The notes below the pieces were generated by a model, which saw only the letters and a program-made list of their open reading frames with translations, ran no database searches and had not been told where the DNA came from. Shown here one piece after another: positions 51,791 to 63,827 of a stretch of 64,000 nucleotides of DNA (its first letter is position 1; every line of letters begins with the position of its first letter). A program made the translations under genes and the position numbers. Source of the stretch: Carcharhinus longimanus (Eukaryota); the NCBI GenBank assembly GCA_030264375.1, contig JASCQW010000122.1, positions 43,467,313 to 43,531,312 on the forward strand, read 5' to 3'.

Positions 51791-52720
51791 ATTTACCATT
51801 CATTAGTGATTGTGTAAGGGATCACTTCTGCATCCTCCCCCTGGCTGATGTAGCATGCAGGAGGAGCGTCTCGGGAATCCTACTGTCTACACCATCCATT
51901 ACAAGTTGTTTTTTAGCTGTTGCCATAAAGCTTCCCACAGTGATCACACTGTTTTCCCCTAGGTAGCTGATGTTGTTGCCCCAATTTTAACTAAATTTAA
52001 AAGTTCTCACTTGGCAAAAACTGGAAGGGAGGAGACAGCTAAATTAGGGGCAGTGTCTTAGTCAGTGATCCTGCTATATTTCTTCACTCGTCCAGGTATT
52101 GAGCAAGCTACGAGGATACCCTGCAGGAAGGAAGTAGGTCCTTCTTTAAATATGTAGCCTGGGTCCAGATGTGCAACTTAAGTTGGAGACCTGCATGAGG
52201 GAACAGTGAAAGCCTCTCCATCATGTCACATCTGTTGGAGGGTGATCATGAACCAGTGTTTCCCAGACACGCACTTTCTTATTAAGGTCTTCAATAGGCT
52301 TGAATGAGTGGGAGTGTCTCAGGATTTGCTTTTACATCCGATTTCACAGTTCCCTAGCTGCAGCCTCAAATTCTAACCATTGCCTGTTAGCCAAGTCCAA
52401 ATAAGACTCTGAAAGATTTATTGAAATAAGGCCTGGCTGCCTGCATTGCACCCACCATTCCTCTCCTCCCGTACACACTCCCATTAAAACAGGGGTTACT
52501 TTTCCTAAAGTTTGGATGAAGGTTTTGTGCAAGTGCAGCAGTATTTGCATTAATGCCACACGCCAAAAAATTGAAAAAATTTGAGATTTTTTTTACTCTG
52601 TCGCGAAAGACACCAAAGTATAAAATCATCTAGAATAACGATGATGTTTACATGGTTTATCTAAAAAAAAATCCAAGCTGAAGATCTTACGAAACGATAA
52701 CTGATCAATCATGATATGTT

Positions 52721-52801
52721 CTCTGTGCTTTGAGCTTCTTTACAGTGTTGCCTTGTAGCATGGAGATCAAGCAGCATTGTACAGGGCTATCAAAGTGCAG
52801 G
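52721..52801 (+). ncRNA. MIR107: pre-miR-107 hairpin in PANK1 intron 5; mature 3p arm 52770-52792, 5p arm about 52733-52755
   Basis: AGCAGCATTGTACAGGGCTATCA is the miR-107 sequence (miR-103 ends TATGA). The 5p arm is AGCTTCTTTACAGTGTTGCCTTG and the basal stem ctgtgctttga/tcaaagtgcag pairs. miR-107 in PANK1 intron 5 is the known vertebrate arrangement. Confidence 0.98.
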
Positions 52802-53927
52802 GACAGGCATCTTGAACTCAGTGCTGCAAGTTTCCTGTCTGTGTTGCACCAACCATCGCTTTTTGTGAGGAAACATTCGATCTGGACTTTTGTATTATAA
52901 TTGGTGGTTTAAGTGCCTGTGTACATCAAAATGAATTAAACAGACATATTTATAACACAATGCAATGGCCTATTACTATTGTACTATTAAGATTCAATGA
53001 TAATATTGAGCCAATTGAAAATGAATGTTGTTGGATATAGTCTTTAAAGTGTGAAAGATGGAAGTTTGTTCTTTCAAAAGCTTCTGGGATTTGGTCTTGC
53101 TTACGTTGTGATTAGTATGATTCCAATTCAAAACATTGGCCTCAAAATAATGGTCTGAAGCTATTTTGCAAATGCTTAACATGTTTGTATTAAATTCCGT
53201 AGCCCAATATTTTAATGTTCACGTCAGGCTGTTTTAAAACTAGTTGTGATAAAATAGCAGACGAAGAAACTACACAAATGCATCAAGTGCTTATACATTA
53301 ACTTCCATAGTTTATGTTCTGGGGGTGGGGATAATGGAAAGGTTTGCAAGGTGCACTGTCTTCCAAATAGTTGAGTGGAATATTTGGTGAACCAAAGCAT
53401 TTTATCATGTTTTGTGGATGGGCAGAAAAGGAATATGTGTGAGAGATAAGGAAGTGAGCCCCCTTTTTACACTGCTTTTGAAAATACAACAAACTGGAGA
53501 TTAGGGCTCCTCTTTCTCTCCCTTAAGCAGACTCATCCTTAAGTTATAGTTCCATGGCCTGTAAATGGTGCTGGGAGGGATGGCCATTCTAAATATGCAA
53601 CCCTAGACATAAATATCAGTATGTCGTTAGACCGAGCTGTACCTTTCCAACCCTTGGATGCAGTTTTCTATCGGGTCTGGAACAGAAGCCCTGTCTATTA
53701 TTTTCTCCCCCACTCCATCTGCACCTGGTGACACTAAGTCCAGGTGTGCCCTTGCCAGTCTCTTGGTTGAAAGCCTACGCTATGCCGCTCAGAGACAAAG
53801 TAAAGGATCTTCCTAATCTGATTAACTCAACATCTCACAGCTTGATTATCCAGTAGAGGTTTCTGAAAATTAATTACATTGTTTTTTTTTCTTAAATCCT
53901 AATTTTCTCTATATGGCCTTACTGCAG

Positions 53928-54053
53928 AACATCAACAGGGTGGTGTTTGTTGGAAACTTCCTGCGAATCAATATGGTCTCCATGAAGTTATTAGCATACG
54001 CTATGGATTATTGGTCCAATGGGCAACTGAAAGCCTTGTTCTTGGAGCATGAG
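53928..54053 (+). CDS. PANK1: PANK1 coding exon 6 (126 nt)
   Basis: [42 protein letters not shown]. Acceptor ccttactgcag| and donor GAG|gtaagc. Confidence 0.96.
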
Positions 54054-55435
54054 GTAAGCCTCTGTAATACTGTTGGGTTGTGTATAGCTGAATATATCTA
54101 AACCAGAGCAAGGTTTTGCCACCTGATTTAATTAATTGAGCCAAGCAAAGTCACTTAACATAGAAATTCATGTCAAGGAGGATGCATGGTGTAAATCTGT
54201 GATGTTGGAATAAGGTTATTAAATTAATTAGACTGGAGTTTAATTTGCCAAATACATGAATGAACGTGGAATCTTAAATCCAGGTATTACCACTGTATAA
54301 GGGTGGATGCAACAAGGTCATAATTTTTACAGTCATCATATCAGGCCCCAAGGTAGCTTGGCAAGTGCTGTAAATTTCACTGATATCAAGTATCACACCA
54401 GTAGATGGAGCCGTCAGCATAATGTTATTAGATCTGTGGGAAGTCACAACAATGATTCTGCTTCTACCTTGACTCCACATACAGCATAACAGTCCGCTTC
54501 TGTCAGAAAGTAAGCAACTGTTTTCCATCCCAGGAGGTCAGCAATGTGTTTACACAGCTGAGATGCTGCAAAAAGCAAACACACAAAAGTAAAGGCCTGT
54601 CAGTTATAGTAACTCAAGTGTATCTTCTGACAGTGGTACATCACAAGATTTTTAAAAAGTTACACTTGGAGAAAGCGAATAACGTGTCTGTGGAAGCAAA
54701 AGGATGCATTTAGAAATTGAAGTTTGAATTGTCGGGAGTATGAGCTGACGTTGCAAAAGTGTTCTGTAGGCAAACTTGCATGAGTTGCATGACAGGAATT
54801 GAAACGGATAATTAGAACCACGTTATTTGCGTAACCAATTCTGCGCTGCTTCATAGACCTCTAACTTGAAAAAACTTGCCAAATATCAGCTTGCTGCTAG
54901 GACCGAAACCCTGCAAACCATATCTTTGGACAAAATATAAACCACTGCATATACAGCCAAAGAAACCACTAAAACTCATCATCACCTGCCAACTCCCATC
55001 TGCTAGATATTGAAGATACCCTCTGATAAATTGTAATCTACCCTCGCTAGTTGAACAGATAAGTGAGTGCCCGTAGAGAGGGATGCCTGGGTGAAGTAGT
55101 CACCGTACTATTGTGCCTAAGGCCTGGCCATTGTGCAGCAAAATGTGCATTGAGCATATTCTGAATTTCCAAGATACCTCTTCCTATCTAACCTGCTGTC
55201 AACAGTAAAAATCCCTGCAAAGCCAGACTGTAGCCCCAGCACCGACAACTCTTCCCTCGCACATCATGTTGACCCACGACAAGGACACACTGCATTCAAA
55301 ATGGTCAAAGCCCATTCACAGGGTGTTAGGAGCTTCCTTTTCTCTTTCTACTCAACAATTTTTGCTCCAATGCCCTTTAATGAAACAAAAAACAGATCTG
55401 GTAGTTTATTTGATCTGTGCATATACCATAGTTTT

Positions 55436-57035
55436 TATGGAATCGTGGAATTATTCCAGTGCAGAAGGAGGCTATTCACTTGTCATGTCAGAGCCAGCTC
55501 TCCAAATATATAATTCCTTTTGTGTCACTTCCCCACCTTTTCCCTGTAACTCTGCACATTTTTCCCTTTCAGATAAGTGTAATTACCTTTTGAATGCTTC
55601 AATTGGACCAGACTCCACCGTACTGTCGCCAGTGTTTTCCAGACCTCCATCATTCACTGAGTGAAGAAGTTATTTCTTGTGTCGCCTTTGCTTCTTTTTA
55701 GTGTAAATCTGTTCCCTCTAGTTTTTGACCCTTCCATGAGTAGAGACAGTTTCTTCCTATCTACTCTGTCCAAACCCCTCATGATTTTGAATACCTCTAT
55801 CAAATTTCCTTTCTGCCTTCTCCAAGGAAACCTATTCTAACTTCTCTAATCTATCTTCATAACTGAAGTTCCTCATTGCTGGAGCCATTCTCACTCATCT
55901 TTTCTGTACCCTCTCCAATGCTTTCGCCTCTTTCCAAAAGCATGGCGCCCAGAACTGGATGCGGTACTTCAACTGAGGTCAAACTACAGTCAACATAATC
56001 TCCTTGCTCTTGTATCCCAAGCTCCAGTTAATAAAGCCTGGGGTACTGTATACTTTATTAACAGCTCTCTCAACTTGTCACCTTCTTCAATGATTTGTGC
56101 ACGTGTGCACGCAGGACCCCTTCTTTTCAGAGCTATACCCTTTGTCTGATATTGTGTCTGCATGTTCTTGCTATCAATGAATCACTTTACATTTCTCAAT
56201 CTGCCATTTCTCTGCCCACTCCACGTCATTTAGAACTACTTCTGAATTTCTCCACTATCCTCGCAATGTTCCCAAGTTTCGTATCATCTGCACACTTTGA
56301 AACTTTGTCTTGTACATTGAGATCTAGGTCATTAATGTACATCAGGGAAAGCTAGGGTCCAAAAAGTGTTCATTTAATGTCTCAGCTATTCTCATTCCAT
56401 GTGTAAATCCCCTTTTTAGTCCCTAATCAGCTCTGCACCTTTTACCATCCTTTTACTATTTATATGTCTGTACGAAACTTTGGGATTCCCTTTTATGCTA
56501 TTCTCTTTTCATATTCCTCTTAGCTTCTCTTTTTGCATTTTCACTTCCCGCTCTGAACCTTTTGCAGCCAGCCTGGTTCCCCAATGTATTATCCACCAGC
56601 TTTTGTCAAAAGCACACAACTTTTTTCTTCATCTTAATCTCAATCATTTTTGTCATCCAGGCGGCTCTAGATTTGTTTACTCTCTGTCGCTTTTAAGAGA
56701 TTATAGCTTGACTGTGCCCGAACCATCACTTCTTTGAAAGTTTCTGTTATTGAGCTACTGTTTTTCCTGCTGACCTTTGATTCCAACTTATTTGGCTCAG
56801 GTGCATTCTTACCTCACTGAACTTGGCTTCCTCGAGTTAATTATTCTTACCCTGGGTTGTTCTTTATCCTTTTCATAGCCAACCTGAACGTTATGATACA
56901 ATGATCAAAGCCCTCTAAGCATTCTCTTACTGATATTTGATCCACTTGGATCACCTCATTCCCAAGAACCAGATCCAATAACGCTTCTCTTCCTACTAGC
57001 CTGGAAAAATACTGTTGCAGAAAATCTCTGTAAAC
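55436..57035 (-). mobile_element. CR1 LINE fragment
   Basis: atggaatcgtggaa tail, YRIQFWAP (reverse of ggcgcccagaactggatgcggta) and CADDTK (reverse of tttcgtatcatctgcaca). Confidence 0.8.
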
Positions 57036-57317
57036 ATTGACTGGGATGATAATAGTGTAAATGGCAGGAGGCTCAAGGGTTCCTAGACTATGTTAAGATA
57101 AAGAAAGATTTCTTTTGTATGTATGTTGATCTATTTTTGTCGGTGTTGAAATGAATGTCATACTGCTGAAATTGTTTGCTAATAATCTGAATAAACCCTT
57201 TTTTAAGTATAAATTGCACAATCATGTGGTGAAATGTGGGATTGTTGGCATTTTTTTCTCCTAACAATACAATTGGAAGGATGTACCAATCTCTATACTT
57301 TTACGTAAAGTGCTAGA

Positions 57318-57548
57318 GGTGGCAGGGTGGTACAGTGGTTAGCACTGCTGCCTCAAAGCACCAGAGACTCCGGTTCAATTCTGGCTTCAGGTCACTGTCT
57401 GTGTGGAGTTTGCACATTCTCCCTATGTCTGTGTGGGTTTTCTCCCACAGTCTAAAGATGTGCAGGTTTAGTGGATTGGCCAGGCTAAATTGCCCCTTAG
57501 TGTAAAGGGGAATGATCTCCTTCTGCACTGTAGTGATTCTATAATTCT
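57318..57548 (+). mobile_element. HE1-type SINE, internally deleted
   Basis: ggtggtacagtggttagcactgctgcctca head, B box ggttcaattc, and tail ctgcactgtagtgattctata. Confidence 0.85.
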
Positions 57549-57847
57549 CTGAGAAGTTTGCTTAGGAATTCACTGTGGAATAGTGAATGGTGTCTCCGAT
57601 GTGAGTGGATAAAAATCATTTTCAAATAAGAGCGGGAAAGGAGGAAAAACAAGATAAATAAATCAAGAGAAAGATAATTTCAAACGCTTGACTTTTAATC
57701 TCGCTGACACAGGTTTGGCTCGGATATTTTGCGTATCTGTGACAGGGATTACTGTAATTTGCTGTGTATCGTTGAATAATTGTATGTTTTTAAAATATCA
57801 TCCTTGGGAAAAACCACCATCCTATCTGTTCCCTCTTCATCTTGCAG

Positions 57848-57907
57848 GGTTATTTTGGAGCAGTTGGGGCACTGCTGGAATTACTGAAGATGACAGATAC
57901 CCACTGA
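57848..57907 (+). CDS. PANK1: PANK1 terminal coding exon 7 (60 nt including TGA)
   Basis: GYFGAVGALLELLKMTDTH* after acceptor cttcatcttgcag|. The C-terminal KMTD is PANK1-like. Exons 2-7 sum to 1094 nt and stay in frame. Confidence 0.94.
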   Translation, partial: GYFGAVGALLELLKMTDTH

Positions 57908-58034
57908 GGAGCAGAGAAGGTCACAAGAATCGACCGATTGTTCATATTTTTAAAAGCTACTGTCCAGAAATTAGTGCCGGAAAGGAACCCGTCTAACTAA
58001 ACGGTTAACTATTTAGTTTTCACATCAGGTTAAG

Positions 58035-58040
58035 AATAAA
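58035..58040 (+). terminator. Candidate proximal polyadenylation signal AATAAA
   Basis: Canonical hexamer about 130 nt after the stop codon; the downstream element is weak. Confidence 0.3.
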
Positions 58041-59584
58041 TTACTTACTTTGCAGCACTGTGGTGCTGCAATGAGACTCATTTCTAAGGGAAGTAAAACA
58101 ACCTCCTGTTGTATGTAGTGTACATATTTTAAACAGTGTGCAAGATAGCCAAAACCCACTGGTTTTATGTATTAATATTTGGAAATAATTTCTGTATAAA
58201 TGTGGACTGTCCTGAATCTCTTCTGGGATGTACTGCCTTGTGAATGATCAAACTGTAATGATTTGAGTATTATTTATAAAACCACTTGGAAGATTTGTAT
58301 TTTTATGTCATTTTGCGACCTGTCCTTAGTTTCATTTGAAACTACAAAGCTGGAAATGAACCTGTTAATAGTGTAGCTCATTGATTTTGTTGCCTTTGTA
58401 AAACTGTCCTGTGTAAGTATTTATAAAGGATGACCTTCCTTTGAACACGCACAAGTAGTGACCGTGGCTGATCTGATGTCCAGCTTGAAAGCCTATGCTT
58501 TCTTGATGTGCTGATGTGTTTGGATGAAGGTGCTTGTCTGGTCACAACAAGAAGTTTTCTTTGTGTGAACACTTGTCTCGATGACGTATGTAAGTGAAGG
58601 TACCTTTCCACGACTGTGGGAATCTTGGATAATATTTGTTTTTTTTTTAAGAAAAACCACTTCATAAAAACTACTGTATGATGGGAAAATTGTCAAACTG
58701 CAAAACATTGTACTGTGACAGCTCGTTGTCTGATATTTCAGAATTGTATTTGAGCAAAAATTCCCATTGCTGTACTATGCATTTTGAGGCAGGTACTGTC
58801 AGAAATTCCTGCTGACAACCTGTGGTGTGCAGTATACCTGACCGTTGAACTTAACTACAAAACTGGGAAAAAAAACCTGCTGGTGTTGTCGGTACATGTG
58901 GGTTAAGAATTGGCTTTTTTGTGGAAGATATTTCACATTCCATTGATACTGCAATGTTTTTGACACAATGACTTCAGTTTTATTGAGGGCCTTTTAAAAA
59001 TGATTAACACGAGAAATGTCCTTTCTGGTTTCCATGATGGCAGAAGTTGTTTGGCTTTGGCTGTGTAACATTGTGCTGGATTTTAGTTAGAACAATCTGT
59101 CCGTTCTGGTGAAACTGTTCATTTCCCAACTTATGTATGTTGATCTATTTAGTTTAATTTCAATCTTGAGCTTTAAATGCTATTGTAACTAGTCACCCTA
59201 TCTAATATTTTATCTTGTTTTACATTGAGTTTTTTTTAAAAAAAGACATGATTATTAATTAAGCACCATTTATCAGCATTTTCAAGTAATCTTTTTAAAT
59301 TCACCAACAGTGTGATATCTATTTATCTGTCTATAGCTTGAAACTAAGATAGTGTTCAGCACCTTCTCTGAAATGTTTCTGTCTACTTTTGCCTCAATTA
59401 TATCATGGGTCCATTCTGCAAATTTAGCTTAGCTATATACTTTTGGTAATCAATTTCCTCTAAATCTGGCACATGGGGGGCTCAGCTCTGGTCCATAGGG
59501 AGTGCACATCTCAGTTCTGATTTCACCATTTATGGAAACTGACTTCATATGTGTTCAATGAACTAAGTTCACCACCAGCATAGG

Positions 59585-60510
59585 ATTAATCCTGTTGAAT
59601 CAAAAAGAGTGAGCACCCTGAGACAAGCTGGGATAGATTTTTTGCCGATTTGTATATTTTTTTCTTCAATTCAAGAAATGATATATTTGGAATAGCACTG
59701 AAGGACGCCATTTGGTCCGTTGGATCCATATTGGTACATGTTGCCCATCCGTAATAATTGCCATTGTGAAAGTGGTGATGAGACATCATCTTGAAGCACT
59801 GCAGATAAAGTGACACAAGTGCAGCCACACTGCTGTTGGGTACGAATTTTGATCCAGCTATGAAAGATCTGCATTATATTTCTGGGTCAAAGGGGTGTGG
59901 GACTTGGAGGTGGCAGTGTTCCCATGTGTCTTTCTAGGTAGTAGAGGTTGTTTGCAGCCTTGCCAAATTGCTGCAGTGCAGCTTGTAGATGGTACGTATT
60001 TCTGCGACTGTGCAGCAGTGGTGGAGGGGGTGAATATTTAATGTGGTGAATGGTGTGCCAATCATGGGCTGCTTTGGATAGTGTCGAGCTTCTTCGGTAT
60101 TGTTGGCTGCACTTATCCAGATAAGTGGAGAGTATTCCATCACGCTCCTGACTTGTGCCTTATAGCTAAATGGTGGAAAGGCTTTGAGGAGTTAGGAGAT
60201 GAGATATTGTTTTAGAATTTCCAGCCTCTAACCTCTTAAAGTTTACAGCATTTATGTGACTGGTCAATGGTAACCCTCCCAAGATGCTGATGATGGGACA
60301 GTCAGCGATGGAATTGCCAAATTGACACTGCATACCAAGAGGTGGGAGAGAGGGTTATTTTTTGAAGATAGTCATTACCTGGCACTTACAGTGTGAACGT
60401 TACTTGCCACTTACCAGCCCAAACCTGAATTTGTGCTGCATGCAGGCACAGACTGCTTCATTATCTGAGGAATTGCAAATAGAAATGAACACTGCAATCA
60501 TCAGCGAACA
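59585..60510 (-). mobile_element. CR1-group LINE fragment (family of 960-2750), antisense within the probable 3' UTR
   Basis: FADDC (reverse of gcaatcatcagcgaa, about 60494-60508) and YKAQVRSVMEYSPLIW. Confidence 0.75.
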
Positions 60511-60673
60511 TAAGCTGAAATTATAACACTAATTGAAATGTGTTTAACAGTGTGTATTAGTGATTCTTAGTCTGTTTTATGTTGTTTGTAGAAGTCCACA
60601 TTGTGTACAAAAATGGAACTGTACAGTGTGTATTCTAACCCAATTGGGAAAGGTGATAAAATTTACATTTTGA

Positions 60674-60679
60674 AATAAA
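60674..60679 (+). terminator. Candidate distal polyadenylation signal AATAAA
   Basis: Canonical hexamer with upstream TGTA elements (about 60586-60633) and downstream gtatgtctgattt...tttttattttt. Confidence 0.6.
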
Positions 60680-60994
60680 GACTCAAGGTATGTCTGATTT
60701 CAAATCGTAGCATTTTTATTTTACTTGAGAACTACAGCTTTATTGTCGGTCACCCACATCATTCAGGCATTGAGGAATGGATTGACTAAGTGTGGTAAGG
60801 TCTAACCAAGTTGAAATACATCAGCAAATGAAGAGTGAATGAAAGGAACAACCAGGGTGTAGGTTATCGCAGCATGTTGCAGGAAAAGGATTTACTGCAG
60901 AAAATATCAGAAGCTTTAAAGAAACAGCCCTTCATACTTCAATGGGAAGTGACATGGCTGAACTATCAGAACAACCACCAAGCCCCAGATCTTT

Positions 60995-61810
60995 ATAGGA
61001 ATAGAGTAGGTCATGGCCTGTTCTGTCTCTCGTTCAGTCGGTTTATGGTTATTCTGTGATCAAACTTTACATGCCTGTCTTGGCTCCATATCTCTTAATA
61101 CCTTTGATTTGGCAAAAATCTTTGCATCTCAGATTTAAAATTAACAGTTGATTTGAGCAAGTTGTCAACTGCAGAAGCCAGTTTCAAATTTCTACCACCC
61201 ATCCTTTGTGTGTAGAATGCTTCTCAACTTCCCTCCTGAGTGGTCTGACTCTAGCCATGTCCCTGAGTCCATGTTGACCCAACCGGTGNNNNNNNNNNNN
61301 NNNNNNNNNNNNNNNNNNNNNNNNNNNNNNNNNNNNNNNNNNNNNNNNNNNNNNNNNNNNNNNNNNNNNNNNNNNNNNNNNNNNNNNNATGTTGACCCAA
61401 CCGGTGGAGATCATTTCTCTATATACTCTATTCATTTCACTTAATATTTTGAAGACTTTGATTTGATCACTCCTAGTCTTCTGAATTGCTGGCAGTACAA
61501 CACTAGTTTGTGTAATCTCTTCTTATCTTTTCCCTTGGATTGCAGGTTTCTGGTAAATCTATGCTGCCCTCCCTCTAAAGCCAAAGAGACCTTTCTAAGG
61601 TGTGGCACTCAGAACAGGTCTCAGTACTGCAGGTATGGTCTAACCAAGGGCTTTGCATATCTGTTGGATGACTCCTAACCTCTAGTATTCTAGTCTTCTG
61701 AGTATAAAGGCCAACGTTCCATTTTTGATTTCTGTACATGGACCTCAGGTCTCTTTGGACCTCCACTGCTTTCACCATTTGGAAAGTACTTCGATCCATC
61801 ATTTATATGA
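60995..61810 (-). mobile_element. CR1 3' fragment
   Basis: ataggaatagagtagg tail; VEVQRDL and LVRPYLQY remnants. Confidence 0.75.
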
Positions 61811-62124
61811 AAATTCATGGTTAATGTAACTGTAGTTTGTGCAATTACAGGGCTTGGAAAGTAAACTGTGGATGTGAAAATGGGGATTTTAAATTTGAAT
61901 GCATCAGAGTACTTTGGGGAACTGTTCTGAAAATCGACTCAACGTTAATCGTGTTCTCCTCAAATGCTGCCAGACCTGCTGAGCTTATCCAGCATTTTCT
62001 GTTTTTATTATTACAAAAATGCTCATTGTGAAACCACATCATTACAGCAATCCAACATTGTGATTTTCCAATAGATTAGACAACTAAGGTTTGTGGATAA
62101 GAAAGCTATAACAACTTCTATTCA

Positions 62125-62845
62125 GATAGTGCCTTCAATATAATAATACTTATAAAAGTTCTTCATAGGCACATCATAAAATTTAACACAAGCACACAGA
62201 GATATGGCAGATGCCCAATACCTAATCAAAAAGCTTTTAAGGAGTGTCTTACAAGAAGAAAGAGAGGTAGTGAAGTTTGAAAAGTGAGTTCCAGAGCTTA
62301 GGACCTGGGCAGCTGGGAGAATGGCCACCAGTGCTGGAACAATTTAACATTTTTTTACTCCATTTTTAAAATTACAAAGTCAATGCTCAGATGGACTGGA
62401 CAAACCCAAATCCATTCCTTGCTCCAAAAACCGATTTCAACATTCATTTGAATCCAATTAAAAGATCCCCGAGATCCAAGCTGACAAGATGAGGCAATGC
62501 ACCCCATCTTAGGCTTGATCTTGGCCCAAAGGCCAAGAAGCAAATGGCCAGAATTAGAGGAATGCAGACAGTTTAGAAGGCTGGAGGAGATTCCGAAATG
62601 GGGAGGGGTGAGGGCATATGGAGGAATTCAAGAGCAAGGATAAGAATTTTAAAATTGGAGTGTAACGCTTCTCAATCTGGAGCCGTTATAGAGCAGCAAA
62701 CACAGAAAATGATGTTAGGATATGGGCAGCAGAGTTTTGGATGACTTCAAGTTTGCAAAGCAGAACATGCAAAGCTCCCAGGGAAGTATTGGAATGATCA
62801 AGCTTAGATGTAATAGAGGATGAGTGTTTCGGCAGCTAATGAGTG
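62125..62845 (-). mobile_element. L2-type LINE 3' portion interrupted by the U2-derived element
   Basis: Reverse complement of the L2 family at 27330-27860 (gagttccagagcttagg...ggccagaattagagg...tcaagcttagatgtaatagagg). Confidence 0.75.
62350..62545 (-). mobile_element. U2 snRNA-derived dispersed element (SINEU-like or retrocopy of a variant U2), near full length
   Basis: The minus strand begins TTTGCTTCTTGGCCTTTGGGCCAAGATCAAG, 26/31 ungapped to U2 nt 1-31. It continues with TCTTGTCAGCTTGGATCT (U2 stem IIa-like) and TTTTTGGAGCAAGGAATGGA...GTCCA...GCATTGAC (Sm site/stem III-like), then a short A tail. It interrupts an L2 fragment. Confidence 0.8.
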
Positions 62846-63827
62846 GCAGTGAATATTGGTAACAACATGAGCTACAGTAACAACATTTGTGAAGTTCCTA
62901 GACGTTGACGTGCTCCTCCGATGAAATTACTACCTTGACGTTAATTTAATATTAATCGCTAGGAGGCAATGCAATGTAGATAATGGGAAATTCAGGGATC
63001 AATGATACCAGAGTAAACAGCAGCACGTAACTGGTATAATGTAGGTTTACTGTTGTACTAATTACAGCAAATATTGTTACAGATAATTAAACATTGATAT
63101 TATTTACAACTCTACTTACATACACAAAACAACTGTGTGTTTACCTGACAGTTCTCCCAATAGCTCTGGCCAATTTCTTTCCACTTTGATGTGTGTGCTT
63201 GAGTGATCCAATGCTGACTGTCATTAATTGTCATCATCTGTTGAATATTTTTTTGGGTGGATCCGAATCATATTGCGGCCCCAGGAGCTGACCACTGGGG
63301 AAAGCCTGCTTGCCCAGATTATGGTGTAAACCTGTACCACTTCAAATTCCTGCAGTAACAGTATGCAAATCTTGCATCTCTGTTAGACAACTCTGACAGA
63401 GTTGTGGTGATTTCTGTTTGCCGCTGTGTTTTGTAATTCAATGGGTCCCTTTTGCTCCTGGTGTTAATTATGACAAACATTACTGTAACCCAGTGAAGCT
63501 AACCATCCTTGCTGCCATTTTATGGTGTGACTGCCTGTATTTACATGAGTACTTAGTGGGTGTCATTGTAGAAGTAACATCAGCTGAACAAGTAGCTCCA
63601 AATCCAACCAATTCTGAATTTGCACAGCTAGAGGAACTTGTATTTCCTTCATGAAACATTTCACTCCTTTCCTACACTGTTAAAGCTGCCTTGGATTACT
63701 TTCTACAGCCTACTCACACTGTCAGGTGCTATGCATGCAGATGCCAGAGTTGGGACTTAGGATGTTGAAATGCAATTTTCACCATGCTAACAAGTATTTT
63801 GGAGACTGCTCACTCCCTGGTTTCCAT

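Larger units (their letters stand above)
57908..60700 (+). other. PANK1: Probable PANK1 3' UTR (long form)
   Basis: AU-rich and repeat-poor to about 59580, with a Pumilio-type TGTACATA at 58119-58126. Several TGTA motifs precede AATAAA at 60674-60679, followed by a U/GU-rich tract. The end point is inferred. Confidence 0.6.
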
